DNA of 64,000 bases from Octopus vulgaris. Lineage: Eukaryota. The translations under genes and the position numbers were made by a program. Shown in pieces: positions 1 to 14,927 of the stretch; the first letter of the stretch is position 1, and each line of letters opens with the position of its first letter. The notes below the pieces were generated by a model, which had not been told where the DNA came from, ran no database searches, and worked only from the letters and a program-made list of their open reading frames with translations. The stretch is from contig OX597838.1 in the NCBI GenBank assembly GCA_951406725.2, positions 1,116,001 to 1,180,000 of the forward strand. The letters run 5' to 3'.

Positions 1-249
1 TCCTCTCTACTGACTTGGTGATCATCATTATCATTGTTTTAACATCCACTTTTCCATGCTTGCGTGAGTTGGACAGTTCATTGAGGTAGATTTTCTATGG
101 TTGAATGCTTTTCCTCTTGCTGACCTTCACCTGTTCCCGAGCAAGTTAATACTTCCTCATGGCCAGACATCTTTTCATTTATAACTATCATGTGATGTCA
201 AGACAATGAGATAAAAACATGTGCATGTATGCATAGCACAGTATAAATG

Positions 250-431
<182 letters not shown>

Positions 432-3224
432 CTGAGTTTGTTTCAGTTTGCATCTACCAAACCCACTCACAAGGCTTTGGTTGGCCCAGGGCAATGTAGT
501 GGTAGACATTTGCCCAAGGTACTATGGTTGGGAAGCAAACTTCTTAACCACAATTCCATGCCTGTGTTATCATTGAACTAAACTGTTACTGGTATTTAGT
601 ATTTTCTCCCCAATTGGAAGACTAATAAAGAATATCAGCCTTAGCCTGGCACTGCACTGTTATTGAGTGCTTCCACCACTGCAACTACCTGATATAATCA
701 TTATGCTGTTTTGTAAAACAATGGAAATATTTCTTTGTTGTGTGGTTCCGCCTACACTGACTGGTGTCGACAAGGTAAGAAGCCAGTGGAGCACAGGTTC
801 AAGGTAAAGGCAAAGAACAGATGTTGATATTTGAAAAGGTCAAAACAGTTGACAAGTTCATTATTTAAAACTGATCTTGTTTGATTCCACAACTTGGGAA
901 AAACTCATTTGTTTAAATTGACATTGATCACACACTGGAATGTTGTAGTTATGTGTGTGTGTGTGTGTGTGTTTTATTTTATTTTTTTTGTAGTTTTATG
1001 TCTATTTATGTCTCTTTGAGCATTAGTGTATATATGTATATGTATGAATCGTGTGTGTGAGTGTATCTGTATGTGTGTACTCAGATCTGCATATATGCCA
1101 TTTCAATATGCACCTGTAGACAATTATTTAAAATATTACAATCTTAATATATATTTCAGCCTTCAAAACCAAACCATGTTTTGAATTTATATTTATTACT
1201 TTCATTACTTTGTTTATTCAACATGTGCGTGTTTTCACGTGAAGTCTCTCTCTCTGACCATAAGTATTTATATAGGAAATGAGATCCATCAGCCCCCTCC
1301 TTTGATGTTGTCTTCCCATCTTTATGTTTCAAGACGGAATAAACCACCTTTATTTTTACCTTTTCAAAGTCCGTTTTGTAATTTATTTTTGCACATGGCT
1401 GTAACTATATCTCTCCTCCTCACACGCTACAACCTTCCACCACTTTCTTACTTTCTTCCTCTATACTCTTCTTACATTTACCAATTAATCTTCTAGATTT
1501 TTCTTACTTGGCTTTTTTTTTTAGTTGTTGTATTGTTGTATATACATGTGTGTATTTTCTCAATTTACTGTTTGTATTTAGACATTTAATGTTATCGGTT
1601 TCCCAGCATTCTCTCAGGTCTGCTTACATCTTCCTACATTTCATGTTTATAAATACGCATACACGCACACACGCACACACACATGTTAATGTATATATTT
1701 ACATACACACATATAGTATATAGGAATGTGTGTGAATATATTTAAATCCATCTCATGGCTATATAGAATGTATATATACATCCATACACACACACTCACT
1801 TGCATACATTTATAGATTAATTATTATTCATATATACACACCTGCGCTCTCAGACAATGTACTGTCCATCTTCAACAGTAGTAGTGGTGGTGGCGGTGGT
1901 GGTAGTAGTAGTGGTGGTGGTGGTGGTGGTAGTAGTAGTAGTAGTAATATTAGTGGTAGTAGTGGTAAAAAAATTGTATTTACTTTGTGTTGAAGAAGAA
2001 AAATAGAAGGCCTCAGTTTTAGAATTAAATCACATGGAAACCAATGTGACAGGCAATTTTAGGGTATTGAATTTAAGAGGTGGTCTATATAACACCTGAT
2101 TATTCCCAGCCTTTACTAAATATTGTAATAGTTAGTCTGATCATGGAGCTGAATATATTAAAACTCAACTTGTATATTTGTGTGGAACCGTGGCACTGTG
2201 TCTTTGTCTCATCTCTCTCTCCCTATATATATATATACACACATACATACATATACACATACGTGTGTGTGTAATATATTTATGTACATGTATTTGACTA
2301 TCTAGCATTGTATATGTATGTGTAAACTAAGCGATATACACCTGAAGTAAATACACTGACAAAGATACTCATGTGTGCACATACACTGTTAACAAACATA
2401 TGTAAACACTTACGCAAGCATATATAGACCTATAATCACGTACATAGCCATACATAGAGAAGTGAGAAAAGGCTGAGAAGCAGATATCTGTGAAGCTTCA
2501 ATAATAAAGCTGAAATTATTCGCAGTCATTTAGTTATGTAGAAGAATCAAGTGGTAAAGATAAGTTTTGCGATAGAAAGCTGGCTACTTAGTGTGCTGTT
2601 GGTACTAACCCTTCAGTGATAAAGTGTTGCTTCTTGGCCCAAGGTCAACTATATTACAAAAACATTAGTAGACTGATTAGCAATAGTGGTGCAGTAATGA
2701 TGTTGGGGTTGGTACATTGAGATATGTATCTTTGGTAGATTGGTGCCCTATCTGGGAGGAGGGAGGAGAAGGGGAGGTTCTCTCTCACCTGCATAAAGCT
2801 TCAAAAGTGAGTGTTAAGTCCTGGCCCAATGTATCTCAACCCCTAGTATTCATGAAAAGTTGACCACTACCGGCTTCAACTGTCACCAAAGTGACCATGT
2901 CCTTAACGTGCCTACTACACTTACTGACCCTTTGTATTGAGGAAACGAATGTAATTATTGTCAGGTACACTTTAGTCCAATCGTTTGTAAAAGTCTTGCA
3001 CAGTCTGGTTCAAGTCTGGTAAGGGCTGGCATGGTGTTTCATCTCTGTAGGCTCTACCAGTAATACCAGAGGGTCATGAGTAACTTATAACAGATCATTT
3101 AGGAAATGCAATCAAACATACAGCATGCACGCAACCTTTCCATGTGCAGACTGATACACAGAGATGACACGTGCAAATGCAACCTCCTCCATTCCAAATA
3201 CCTTTCTTGGACATATTTCTAGTG

Positions 3225-3660
3225 TGCACACACATACACACACACCCACACACACACCTCTTCATAAACATAATTACTCCCCACACACATACACACCTTA
3301 TGCACCACATAAACCTATATGTATCTACCCCTCATAAACATACCTCCTCCTCCTTCTTCCCACACATACATGGCTCCTCCCCTACATAAACATGCCTCTT
3401 CTTCCACATAAACATGGCTCCTCCTCCTCCTCCTACACATAAACACACCCACCCATCTACATAAACATATCTTACATTTACAAACATATCTTCTCCCACA
3501 TAAATACTCCCCCTCCACTTCACATACTTCCCTGCACCTTTCAAACTTATCTCCTCCTTCCACATATACATATCTCCTACTTCTGCAAATGTATCTTCTC
3601 CTCCTCCTTCCTCCCCACAAAACACACCCTTTCTCCAGAAACAAATTTCCCCTCCTCTTT
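3225..3660. repeat. Degenerate C/T/A-rich tandem repeat (CTCCTCCTCC...CACACATA units)
   Basis: Almost G-free strand with recurring CTCCTCC and CACATAAAC motifs. Confidence 0.65.
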
Positions 3661-4054
3661 GGATAACTTAACTTTTTCATTTGATTTTATCTGCTAAGTT
3701 TATTAACTATAACTGATGATGATGATGTTAATAACCATCTTTCTTTGTAAAGATGCAAGAATGGATGTTGCCACAACAGTTAAAGTGCAGCCAGTGTTAG
3801 CATTTTTAATATGGTATATTAGATATGCCCATGGCTAATAGATGGCTAGTTGTCAAATAAAATAGTTAAATGATAAATTAGATAACTACATAATAAAAAG
3901 ACACTTCCATATTTAATTAATCTGGATTCTACTTCTTGAAATATTAATTTTCATTAATACTGCACCAATGTTCAAAATCTCTTTTACAATCCAGATGTTG
4001 TATTGTAGTGTGTCTTTCTATGTGGCTGTTTGTGAATGAAATGATAATTACTGA

Positions 4055-4116
<62 letters not shown>

Positions 4117-4292
4117 TCTGATGTTGCTTTGCAGTTTATTTTTCACAAAGAATAAATAAAAATCAGGTAATTGTAAGAGTGTAGGCTTTCTTTCAAAGTC
4201 AGCTTTTGAACATTGTGTGGCAGCTTTAATGTCCAAAAGGAATGAAACTGGAGATTCTCTTAGATGACCAGATATACCACTGACCACTCTTT

Positions 4293-4327
<35 letters not shown>

Positions 4328-4339
4328 CTACTTTCTCAT

Positions 4340-5545
4340 GAGTCAAAATGTCAAATACAAAGATATAAAACAATGGATTGATTGAGACTGGCACCTAAAG
4401 CAGTGTACACGAGGGTAGTTGTGGACTCTTGGAGCCTTGGCCAGCAACCCACCTAGTGATGGTGTCACGGTAAAAATACTGGTGATTGCACAACCTTACA
4501 ATTACTACCTCTAGATGAGTGATGTCAAAATTGAATAATAACCACAACTGCGCTAACAGGACTGGAACTGTTAACAGTGAAGGTGTTGCGCACGGCAGGC
4601 AGGGAGTAACTAATCAAGTTCTGGTAGGTTGTCATCAAGCTATTGATCAGAACCAAAATTGCAGTCCAAAGAGCAAATGGGGAAAAAATGAAATGGGTAA
4701 AAGAAATAAACAAAACAGTAATAGAAAGCTGGCTGAGAAGTGAGCCAAATAAAAGAGGGTTCATGAATGGAATGAAGAGAATATGGGATGAAAAAGGAGG
4801 TTTTGAAGCATCCGTTGAGTGATTGATAGACCAAGCAAGAGCAATCTTTGGGAATTACTGGATTACGGGAGTAGAGATTGAAGAAATTCCAAGAAACATA
4901 AAAGCAAATGAAAAAGAACCAAACTGGAGGAAGAGAATACGAATGAAGCCGGAAAAGACACGGAAAGAAGTGGGATAATTGAATTGGATAATGATAGGAG
5001 AACCCAAGAATAAGATAGTAATCAGAAAATTGAGTAGACAGTGCAAGTTAGAAGAAAGAGGAAAGCAAAAAGTACATGAAAAATTGGTACACAAGGTGAC
5101 AGCACTAAAAGAATAGACTGTTCCAAACAAATAGAAGGCATCTATTTGAGGAAATAGAGGGAAGCCAACACCAGGAACTGATTCTAGATGTGGAAGAAAG
5201 TAAAGAATTTTGGGGAAGGCTGTGGAACAGGCTGGCAAAACATAAAGAAAGAGTGGAGTGGTTAACAAATGTGGAAAGACAACTTGCAACTGTACCAAGA
5301 CAAAAGGACATCAAAATTAATCTATATACAGTGAGACAGAACTTAAAAAAAGATAGCAAATTGGAAAGGACCAGGCCCAGAGGGAGTACAAGGCTATTGG
5401 CTGAAGAATTTTGCACAATTGCATGAAAAGACTGCTTCACAACTGGATGACTGCCTGCAGCAAGGTCAGGTCCCTGCCTGGATGACAAGTGAACAAATGC
5501 TGCTATGCCTCGAGGATCCCTTGAAAGGGAATTTGGCATCATTGA
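4340..5545 (+). mobile_element. Decayed R4/Dong-clade non-LTR retrotransposon, region N-terminal to the RT domain
   Basis: Frame-shifted peptides EESKEFWGRLW, NWKGPGPEGVQGYWLKNF, CLQQGQVPAWMT and EDPLKG resemble the R4/Dong pre-RT region. Confidence 0.7.
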
Positions 5546-7096
5546 ATTAACACTGAATGCAGCTAAACCCCTTTATTTATGTGCACTTTAGGTTTTCTGG
5601 AAGCTAAATCTGATTGAACACCACCACATTACAACTAGTTTTCTAGACATCTTTCCATTATAGGAAGCTACATCTCATTATTTACATCACACTACAAACC
5701 AGTAGTTCTATCTATAGTTTACAACTAGCAATAATTAACAGTCATTAGTCCTAGAGTATTATGTTTTTATGTAGATTAGTGATTATCTACCGACGTTTTT
5801 CTAGTGGCATCTCTTTTATATTCTTGACCCAAAACAATAAGACAGCAATAATAAACTCTGGAAGAAAATACAACGGTCTCTCCGCATGGTTGTCTGATTT
5901 TTCTGCCAGTGTGTGCTTGAGTTTGCACACACACACACATACATGCACAGACATGCACAAACACGCGCACACACACACAGACACACACACATACACACAC
6001 ACACAATTCTTCCCCCAAACAAAGTCTATCAGTAATTTACCAGACAGTTACCGCTAAACACTTATTCTTTATTTCGCTGTTATCTTTAATTGTTTCTCAT
6101 TAAGAAAATGCTATTTTTATTTCAATTTCTTATTTGCAAACTTAACGTTTTAATGTATTGATTCCATTTTAGAATTTTCAGGTTTTTTTCCTTTTTTTTC
6201 CTAAGATCTTTTAATTAAAACATTTTCAATGACCTGTTTAATGGCTTAAATGTTTTAAGTGGTAACTGTTTGAAATTGTCTACTTTTAATCTTACAATCA
6301 AAACACTTAAGGTTTTAATAGACTGTGTTTTATCTGTAGAATGTTGAGCTCTTGATATAGTTTATTTAGATATCTGTTAATGTTATTTTAATGTCAACTG
6401 TCCAGTATATGCCATATTGCTGCAGATTGACCACAATGTTATATTCATTGAACTGCAATTCTAACCATGTACAAAGTTGTAGCAGGCATTCATAACCAAA
6501 TCTCTGAATACATGGTCAGATATCACAAGCAAACCCCAATTTCCACAAGATATGTCTATTAAGCAAACAATCAGCATCAAGCCACCACGTGATTCAATTT
6601 TCTAGAATCTTCTTTTGGTTCCCTATAAAAGAATCCTTTTTGGTGCCAACTCTTTGCAGGGTGTTGAGACCATCCGACTCATTTACACGTCTCACAGGTA
6701 GAGCATTGAAGGTGGCTGAGTGAAATACGCTTCCAGCTCTTGCCAGGGACATTCATGCTGACATCTTGGACAGACTCAACTAAACATTCACACAATGTCT
6801 CACACGTATCATCTCTCGATGTGGTGCTATTCTTCCATCTCTCCCACAGTGTAATTATTGTTGTTAGTATTTGTAAAAGACTAACACAGAGACCACCATA
6901 TGGTAATTGTTTGTGAGTGTTGTCAGTTACTTCTTCACTCTGCCAAGAAATACATTTTCATTTGCCAACACAACAGCAACTACCACCACCACAACAACTA
7001 CCAAGCAACAAATTGATTCCACTCTGTTGAGTTTCACATTCACAGTCATCTCCTGCAAACTGTAGAATATATATATATTTGGAGAGAAGACAAGCA

Positions 7097-7323
7097 TTAT
7101 AGCAGCATTCACCAACTTAAAGGCGACCATCCAGAAGAGTTGGAGGAAATTCCAAAGTCGTTTGGAGGTTATGGTTGAAGCCAGTGGTGATTTTATTGAA
7201 TAAATTTACTCTTTAGTATTTCAGGATATTTTTATGTAATTTTGGTAAATATATCTGTTAAAATGAGATGTCAGTGTTATTTTCATTTTCATTTTGTAAT
7301 TTAGATGACAATATATTCATCAC

Positions 7324-7329
<6 letters not shown>
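7097..7329 (+). mobile_element. 3' end and right TIR of the same maT element
   Basis: Aligns by eye with 26783-27013 and ends in CACACCCT followed by (TA)n. Confidence 0.85.
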
Positions 7330-7377
<48 letters not shown>

Positions 7378-7879
7378 GTCATAGAATAGAATTATCATCA
7401 GTTGTGTCACTGCTAGTCTTAAATTGGAATAGATTCTAGAGGGTTCAGCACCTGGTCCAAAATTTGAAGTAAGTCATACAAGAGAATAATTCTCATTCGC
7501 TCAAATAGTTCACAATAAATTCCAGTCATTCAGTGTTGTTCTTTGGTAACTGGCAGAGAGATATCTCCATACAGATCACTTCAATTAATTACATCAGCTG
7601 AGAAGTTAAGTGGCTGGACATCTGACCACCACCTGAACATATGTTCAGGTCTTATGTTAACCATCATATTTAAGTTCTTCCTTGTGATATTCAAGCTGGT
7701 CATTAGCAAGTGTTTCAGTCAGTTCCAGGGATTTGGAAACCTGTGTTTACACTTATAAGTGCATGTGTAAATATACCTGCATTCATGTAATGGATGTGCA
7801 TACCCCTTTAAAATATATCTGATTACTGTGTGCATGCACGTGTGCATGTGTGCCATATGCACATGTGATTGTTGGCATA

Positions 7880-8205
7880 TATTCATTGCTGGAAATTCCA
7901 ACAGAAAGTTTTACAAACCTTTACTCCTAATACTTTATATTTGGACGATACAAATCAGTTTTCTTTCTTCTTTCTTTGAAAATTCCAGCATTTCCAGGCT
8001 TTTATGCAAATCTGTTATATAATCCAGTACACCTTTGATAAAATGTCCAAATGAAAACCTCTGGCCTTGGTACAATAGCTGTAAGTTCCTCATTAATGCA
8101 TTATAGAAATTCTAATTTTTTTGATAACTCATATCTGTTGGGCATGGGACCTCTACAATGGTGCATGATTTTTGTTCCCTGTCCTATAGTGCAATATCAG
8201 GTCAT
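7880..8205 (-). mobile_element. REL-endonuclease fragment of an R2/R4-type LINE
   Basis: Minus strand reads PDIAL.DREQKSCTIVEVPCPTD...LMRNLQLLY, a PD-(D/E)xK-like motif. Confidence 0.6.
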
Positions 8206-8940
8206 TGATTTTGGGTGACAATATTTTCCTCCTCTATGGAAGCCTTGACAGTTCCTCAGCAGGGCTGACAACAGGTTCACTGCCACAATGAAAAGCATTA
8301 CAGACAATCAGTCTCTCTGAAATATTCTTGTCAATAACCTAATTCTGTTTCTGATTAGAGTTATAACTTCAGCTGTATGGACCATATTATTGTCTAAGCA
8401 GATGGGACTTTGGTAAGGCATAGTGACTCTAGTGTCTATGTGTAAGGAACAGACTCAAACACCTCCTGATAGTGTAACTTGGTTAACTTGAACAACACTA
8501 CACCCCACTGTTGATGGGGAGCTGCTTGGTACAACCCCAGATTCCTTTGCCCCTTCCTGTTTGCCCATCTGTCACCATGTAGTTTGTTTCAATGCACGTA
8601 TGTATATGCAGGCATATATGTACGTACATACATACATTTCTTTGTGTGCATGTGCTTGTGTGTGTGTGTGTGTCTAGACAGCTACCAATACAGATTCTCC
8701 AGAAATATTTATACGATTCAGTTATATTTATAAATCTGATACAATGATTTCTTCAGTGAAAACAGGATGAAATAAAGATGTTTATAAATACTTAGAGTAT
8801 TTCCATAGCAACAGTAATTGCTGAAGCTGTACAGGTTTAACAAAAGAAATATTTATGAAAGGTTCTGTATTTATTTAACAATTAATAGATTAAAATTAGA
8901 TAATGCTTTTTTAAAAAAATACTCTGTATGTATATATATT

Positions 8941-9024
<84 letters not shown>

Positions 9025-11829
9025 CACATCAGCACATGTATTAGAAAGAGATCTAAGCTAGAGCTAGACAGTTTTTTCTTAACTACTGTGCTAGTGTAAA
9101 AATCTATCTACCTATCTATCTACCTATCTATCTACCTATCTATCTACCTATCTACCTGCCAGATTCACACACACACGATGCAGGCATTGTTGTGTGGTTA
9201 AGAAATGTACTTTGCAGTCATGTTATTCTCAGTTCACTCCTACCATATGATGCTCTAAGCTTGTGTTTCCTTCAATAGCCTTGGGGGCCCAGGATTGACC
9301 AATACCTTATAAATAGAATTTTGTTGCTTGAAGCATGTAGAAGCTGGCCATAATTCACAAATAACCCTTGCTGGGTTTTCAATGTTCAATATTGAGATAT
9401 ACGCCAAAGCAATAAAGTTTTGTGGCTTGCATACATAATCTATAAAAATGTCTATACTTATAATATAAAAATGTATTTAAAAATAATTATACATAAATAC
9501 AAAACTAATAATAGCAGTTGAGAGTAAATTTGACTATAATGATGATGAAGAGGAAGATGTAAAAGTTATAACTAATGAAAACAAAATAGACTGACATAGA
9601 ATTTGATTTATAATTAGTCTTGTTGAATAACTTATTTGTTACAATGGGTTTGTTTGAATTTATTCTGCTCATTCATTGAATGCATCCCGTAGAAATAATG
9701 TGTTTTATATACAATTGACAGCAACAAAACTGGTGTATGTATTGAAGGAAAAAAAAAAAAACCAGTGTTGGAAACGGTGTATTAGAACAAATACTACTCT
9801 AAACTAGATTCAGCTGGCATCAGTAGAATCTATTACTAAGCCAGCTGTACCACCTGATGTCTTAACATAATGGCTTTAAAGTCTTGTGATTGCTGCTAAT
9901 ATTCTTTCGTGTGTTTAGACAAGTAGAGATTGCTCTTGTAATGTGTTGTGGTATATTGTGATGACTATCTTGGTTCCAAGTTCAGTTCCAGCAGGGTCTA
10001 ATTCTGTCTTTCAATCCTCTGTTAACTTTAAAATAAATTTCAATCATCACCATCATCATCATCATTGTTTAACGTTTGTTTTCCATGATGGCATGGGCTG
10101 AGGTCTGGAGAACTAGCAACTGCACCAGGCTCTAATCTGATCTGGCAATGTTTCTACAGCTGGTTGCCCTTCCTAAAGCCAACCACTCTGAGAGTGTAGT
10201 GAGTGCTTTTTAATAAAATTGTTGTATAATTCTTAAAAGGATTGTCTGGTCACGACTGGCAGCTTGATCTTCATAGAATGTATTTAAGAGCAGCTCAGCT
10301 TTTAAAGGACCTTTAGATTATTCACTCTGTGACTGAACTTTACAAATACAAGGAAGTGGTGTAACATAACTGGGAATCAAAGCCTAAGTGCACATTTAGC
10401 TTACCCCAAGTTGACCAATATTCTGTGACACTCAGATCAACGACACATTCAGATCAGTTGAATGAAATAAGTCATTTTGACACTTCATCAAGCTCTCTTC
10501 AGCTGAGAGGATAATGTCTTAATTCAAGACTGTCAAACTTGTTTGGTTTTGCAGAATTGAAGCATAAAGTGGACCTTGTGGGCTGAATTGAACAAATGGG
10601 CCAAATAGGGACAATTGTTCTTAAAAGTCTGTTTATAACGTAGGCCATAGTAAATTGATAAAAGGGTCAATGTATATTATAACTTTATGAACAATAAAAA
10701 AAGGCAAGAATTTAGAGATGTCAGTAAAGTTTGTGTGCAGAGATGTATAGGAGAAACTCATCAGCATAGCATACACACAGTCCTATAAAGCCAAAGTCTT
10801 TAGAGTGAAAACAGATGGAAATTGTCCAAAGAAATGTATATGGTTCTTGAGAAAACTGATGCTTGTTAGAGAAAGCTTGCACTGTTTCAGCTGCAAAACC
10901 TTTCATACTTAGAGAATCCATTTGGACAAACATCATCATCATCACCACTTAACGTCCACTTTCGATGCTGGCATGGGTTGGATGGGTTAACAAGATTTGC
11001 CAAGCTGCAGGACTGCATCCATCTGTAAAAATCCTGCCAGAACAGTTCCAGAAGTCTGGTGCAGGTTTCTGCCTGGCCAGCTCTTGTCAGACTGTCTCAT
11101 CCATGGAATGCAGACATGAAACGATCATGATGAGGCTGTGCTGGTAACACATAAAAACCACCATGGGAGGATAGGAGAGAATGGATGCTTTCAAACTAAG
11201 GTGGTGGAGTAGTAGGTGGTGAAAGATGGAGGTGACAGTGAATGTAGAGAGTAATGAACAAGAGGGGTGTAGTGTGTGGGTGAGGGAAATATCTGCATGA
11301 AGAGGTGGAAGGTGAGAGATATATAGGAGTGGTTCAAGGAGGAGAATAGATCAGAAAGTAGCAAAGAGTAGGGGCAGAGGTGAGGGAGATACGGAGGGAT
11401 ATAAGGGGCTGTTACAGTAAGTGAAGCATGATGAATGGAGGAGTATAGCAGTGGAGAGGGGTCAGGGTCTGAAGGTACAGAAGGAGGTGATTGGTAGAAA
11501 TAGTGTGAGAAAGGGAGGGTAACGAGAAATCAAAGTGGTTCCAAGAAGTAGGGGAGGAGCAATGGAGGTAACCAGAAGGAAGGGAATGTTATATGTGCCA
11601 ATTTGGCTCTCAGGTGATTGCATCAGCTGAGTAGTACCATAAATAGGGGAGTGATAGGTGTAAGGGGGTGAGAATTGGGGAGAATGAAACTTGTGTTCAC
11701 TCATCGTGTATAGTCAAAGTGAAAAGGAAATAAGTCTTTTTGTATATGGATAAATCACAATGTTCACCAGATGATCAGGTGCTGTTATTCACCACTAGTC
11801 ACAATGTGCTTCCAATTTTGTTTTGATTG

Positions 11830-12155
11830 TGCGGTTCTTTATCATCTCAAGTTGCTTAACTAAATTGTCTTCATGGAGGCCTTTTCTGATCTCTTGGATA
11901 CCACTCAGCAGCTGCACCATTCCACCTGTTGTCTGTAAACCTTGTGCCATGTCTGGCCCAGTGGAACTTGTGCTTTTGCTACTCTCACATTATTCACCCC
12001 ACTTTGTTCTCAAATTATCTCATTTTGAATGTGCTCTTGTAATGATATTCTCAGTATGGATCTTTCCATGGCACTGCATCATGCCCAGATGATGTTCTAT
12101 CATCTTTGTAATAGCTCACATCTCACTTGTGTATAAGAGCACAGGTAAGGCAAGT
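11830..12155 (-). mobile_element. RTE-clade LINE C-terminal fragment
   Basis: Minus strand reads LPVLLYTSE..AITK followed by a frame-shifted WAGH/DNRW/WYPR-like segment. Confidence 0.5.
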
Positions 12156-12811
12156 TTCTTTTTTTTTTTTATTGATTGAGGTAACAAAAGATTCTCTAAG
12201 CTGCACTGATCTGTTTCTCTGGAATCGGTGTTAATCTTGTTTGTCTCCTATTCTGAATGCATGCTAGCAATATACATTCTAAAGAATATTTTATTTCTTA
12301 TTGAACTGGTGGTGGTGGTGGTGGTGGAAGACAAAACATTGCTTTGGGCTGAATGTTTGACATCCTCTGTCATAATTCATTCAGCTACTTTGGTACTTCA
12401 CTCTGTCTTACTGATATTGTCTTTGAGTAAGGAATTATATTTGGCTTATTCTCTCCACCAAGCTACAAAGTAGTTAATAGTTTATTACATAATGTCTTAA
12501 GCTGGAGAATATTTCTATGTCGTTCTGAAGAACAAATGTTATAAAGAATTCTTCTTTAAAAGTATATTTCATTCTTTAGAGAGTTTTTCTCTAAAAATAT
12601 ATTTGGTTGCCAAGAATAAAGGTCTTCTAAAAATATTTCACTACTTTCATGTTTTTTCTTTTTATTTAAGTGCTAAAATAGTTGATAGCTTTTAAGAAAA
12701 GTGATTTTATGTTTGGTGCAGTAGGCTGTCTATTGGCGTCTCATTAGTGTCCACACCATAGACTTAAAGAGTCAACACCTTTAATACAAAGTAGAATAAT
12801 AAAGGCTTGTG

Positions 12812-13074
12812 TGCTGGTTCCCAACAAGTTTATACCTATGGACCCCTTTCATTTCTGTTTTACTTGGATGGACCTTCTTAGACATTTTGATGTTCAAGAA
12901 AATCCGATTATACTTTTATAATTAAATAGTTTTAGGAATTGTATAAAAACAGTTGTTAAAATATTTTGTATTGTAAAAGTATAACCAGTTTATTGCAGAT
13001 AAATTTTAACAGCAAAATCTTAAGTGGATCCCTAACGGTCCATTGTGACCGTTAGGACTGGTTGAGAACCATTG
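12812..13074. mobile_element. hAT-type MITE, same family as 43459-43700
   Basis: TGGTTCCCAAC...GGTTGAGAACCATTG termini and a shared internal CCTATGGACCCCTTTC. Confidence 0.65.
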
Positions 13075-14887
13075 GGTTAGTGACTGATTGAGTTAGAGCA
13101 GTGTGTATTGTTGGATTTAATAAACTAATTTCAGTGGGTTTTAGTAAAGGGTTGAAAGTAATGAACAGTTTTGATGGGAAAGGTTTAAATGTTGGTTATT
13201 ATTTTTGAAAGCATTTTGCGAATTTCTTAATTTTTGTTTCATTACAAATGTTTTCTGCTGACCTTGGAGAGGTGCTTATGTCATTTCCCTGAGGCTGCTT
13301 GTCTATTTAAGAAACTTATTTAAATTCAGTTGGTTTCCCATGAATAATGCATTCATATGAACAGAATAGAAGTATTTGATCTGCATCTTTATTATTTGAT
13401 TAATATAATCGTGGATGTGATTTTAACTGAGTATGATATCATTTTTATCATAATTTGGTTAAAAATATAGCTATGGTAGTGTTTAAGGGCTTGTTGGCAG
13501 TGTCATTCCAGTACATTGTAACTTTGTTAGTTATATTACTGCTGTCCCTTGCCCTGCCATACCCCTAAAAAGTAAAATGCTCTCAAAAGGATATTGTTAA
13601 TATATTTGGCATAAAAAAAAAATCAAAATTTCAGGAAAATTTATAAAATGAGTAAAAATTGGAGAAAAGCTTATCAAATACCAATCAATTTTGGAATCTG
13701 ATAATTAAGCAAATGTCTTGAATTTTCAAAATCAAATAGCCTCTGGATGTTACCTTTTTGAGGCAATGGCTTACTGTTGAATGCCCTTCCAGTTACCTCT
13801 TTCGACACACAGGCATATAATGTATCTTTTCTAAAAACCAGGACACACTCATTTTTGGGCAGCCAACAATTGTATATCTGTCAATAATGTGGCATGAGAT
13901 ATTTATCAGTGTGATTAATGTTTGTTTAGGCTGGTCACCTGCTTTGTAGCATGTTGTAAATGAAATAGAATAATTGAACAGTGACTTGTGCTTTTCAATG
14001 TCCCTTCCGTGTTCAGATAACCTTTAAATATTAAGGTTTTTCAGATTTTTTTTGTGTCTCAACAGGTATGGTGATTATCTAGTGTGTATCAATTATTAAG
14101 GTGCATTCTTTCCTCAAACACCTCAGTTTAGCAATCCTTTGGTCTAGACAAGTTAGTGTGTGTGTGTGTGTCTGCATGCCTGCCTGCCTGTTGCTCCAGT
14201 GGGGATTGGGGTAAATCTGTTAGTATACATTCAGTACACGAGTTGTTAACTCCTCTTCATAAAGGATCCTAGTTTAGTTTTCTTTTTTATTTAATTAATG
14301 TGAAGTGAGTAACTGACTTCTATGATTTTATTTTGGGATCCCATATTTACCTAATTAGCTAAATATTATTTATGGTGAGAGAAAAAAATATATCAGTCAG
14401 TGACTAATGTTTTCAGTTTTGCAGCAAAACCAGAAACAACTCTGAGCATGTTTCAGTCTTATTCCAAACATCAGTGAATCATTGTTTTCCCTGCTCTTGG
14501 TGCTGCCTTTAGTCTAATATTCCCCCAGCACTTTTGGTCAGATAATTCCGTCTTTCATTCTGCATGAACCTGTTTTTTTTTCAAATGTATTTTAATTCCA
14601 CATCTGAGTTTATCTCAAAGTTTATCTGTTTTAAACATTTTGCTTCCCAGATCTTTGTTGGGTGTATTTTACCTGCTTAAAATACATCCACTGCAATTTA
14701 TTAATAAGGTAAACATTTATAAGTAGGTTGTGCTTGCAAACACAATGCTTCTGGGTTCAATCAGAAAAATATTGATAGAAAATTGATGTGATCAGTTCTG
14801 AACAAACAATATCAGTAGCGACAGTTTATTGACATTGGCTTGTCTTCTGTTATTCTTGGAATCTAATCAACTTATCAAGTAGAAACC

Positions 14888-14927
14888 ATGCCAACACGAC
14901 GACAGCAATTGGTCGGTGTGTCGGCAG
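14888..14927 (+). CDS. SPATA22: Candidate first coding exon of SPATA22 (MPTRRQQLVGVSA, phase 1)
   Basis: aaaccATG context, CAG|GTTGGT donor at 14928, possible acceptor AG at 14881-14882. Phase 1 joins in frame to the 23-nt exon at 18150. No recognisable homology in this segment. Confidence 0.45.

Noticed and set aside
2790-3090. Unique-looking segment with a minus-strand AG|GTGAG donor
   Set aside because: No convincing open frame or recognisable peptide in the frames read.
13031-13056. Perfect 10-bp hairpin CCTAACGGTC/GACCGTTAGG
   Set aside because: It lies inside a hAT MITE subterminal region, with no evidence of independent function.
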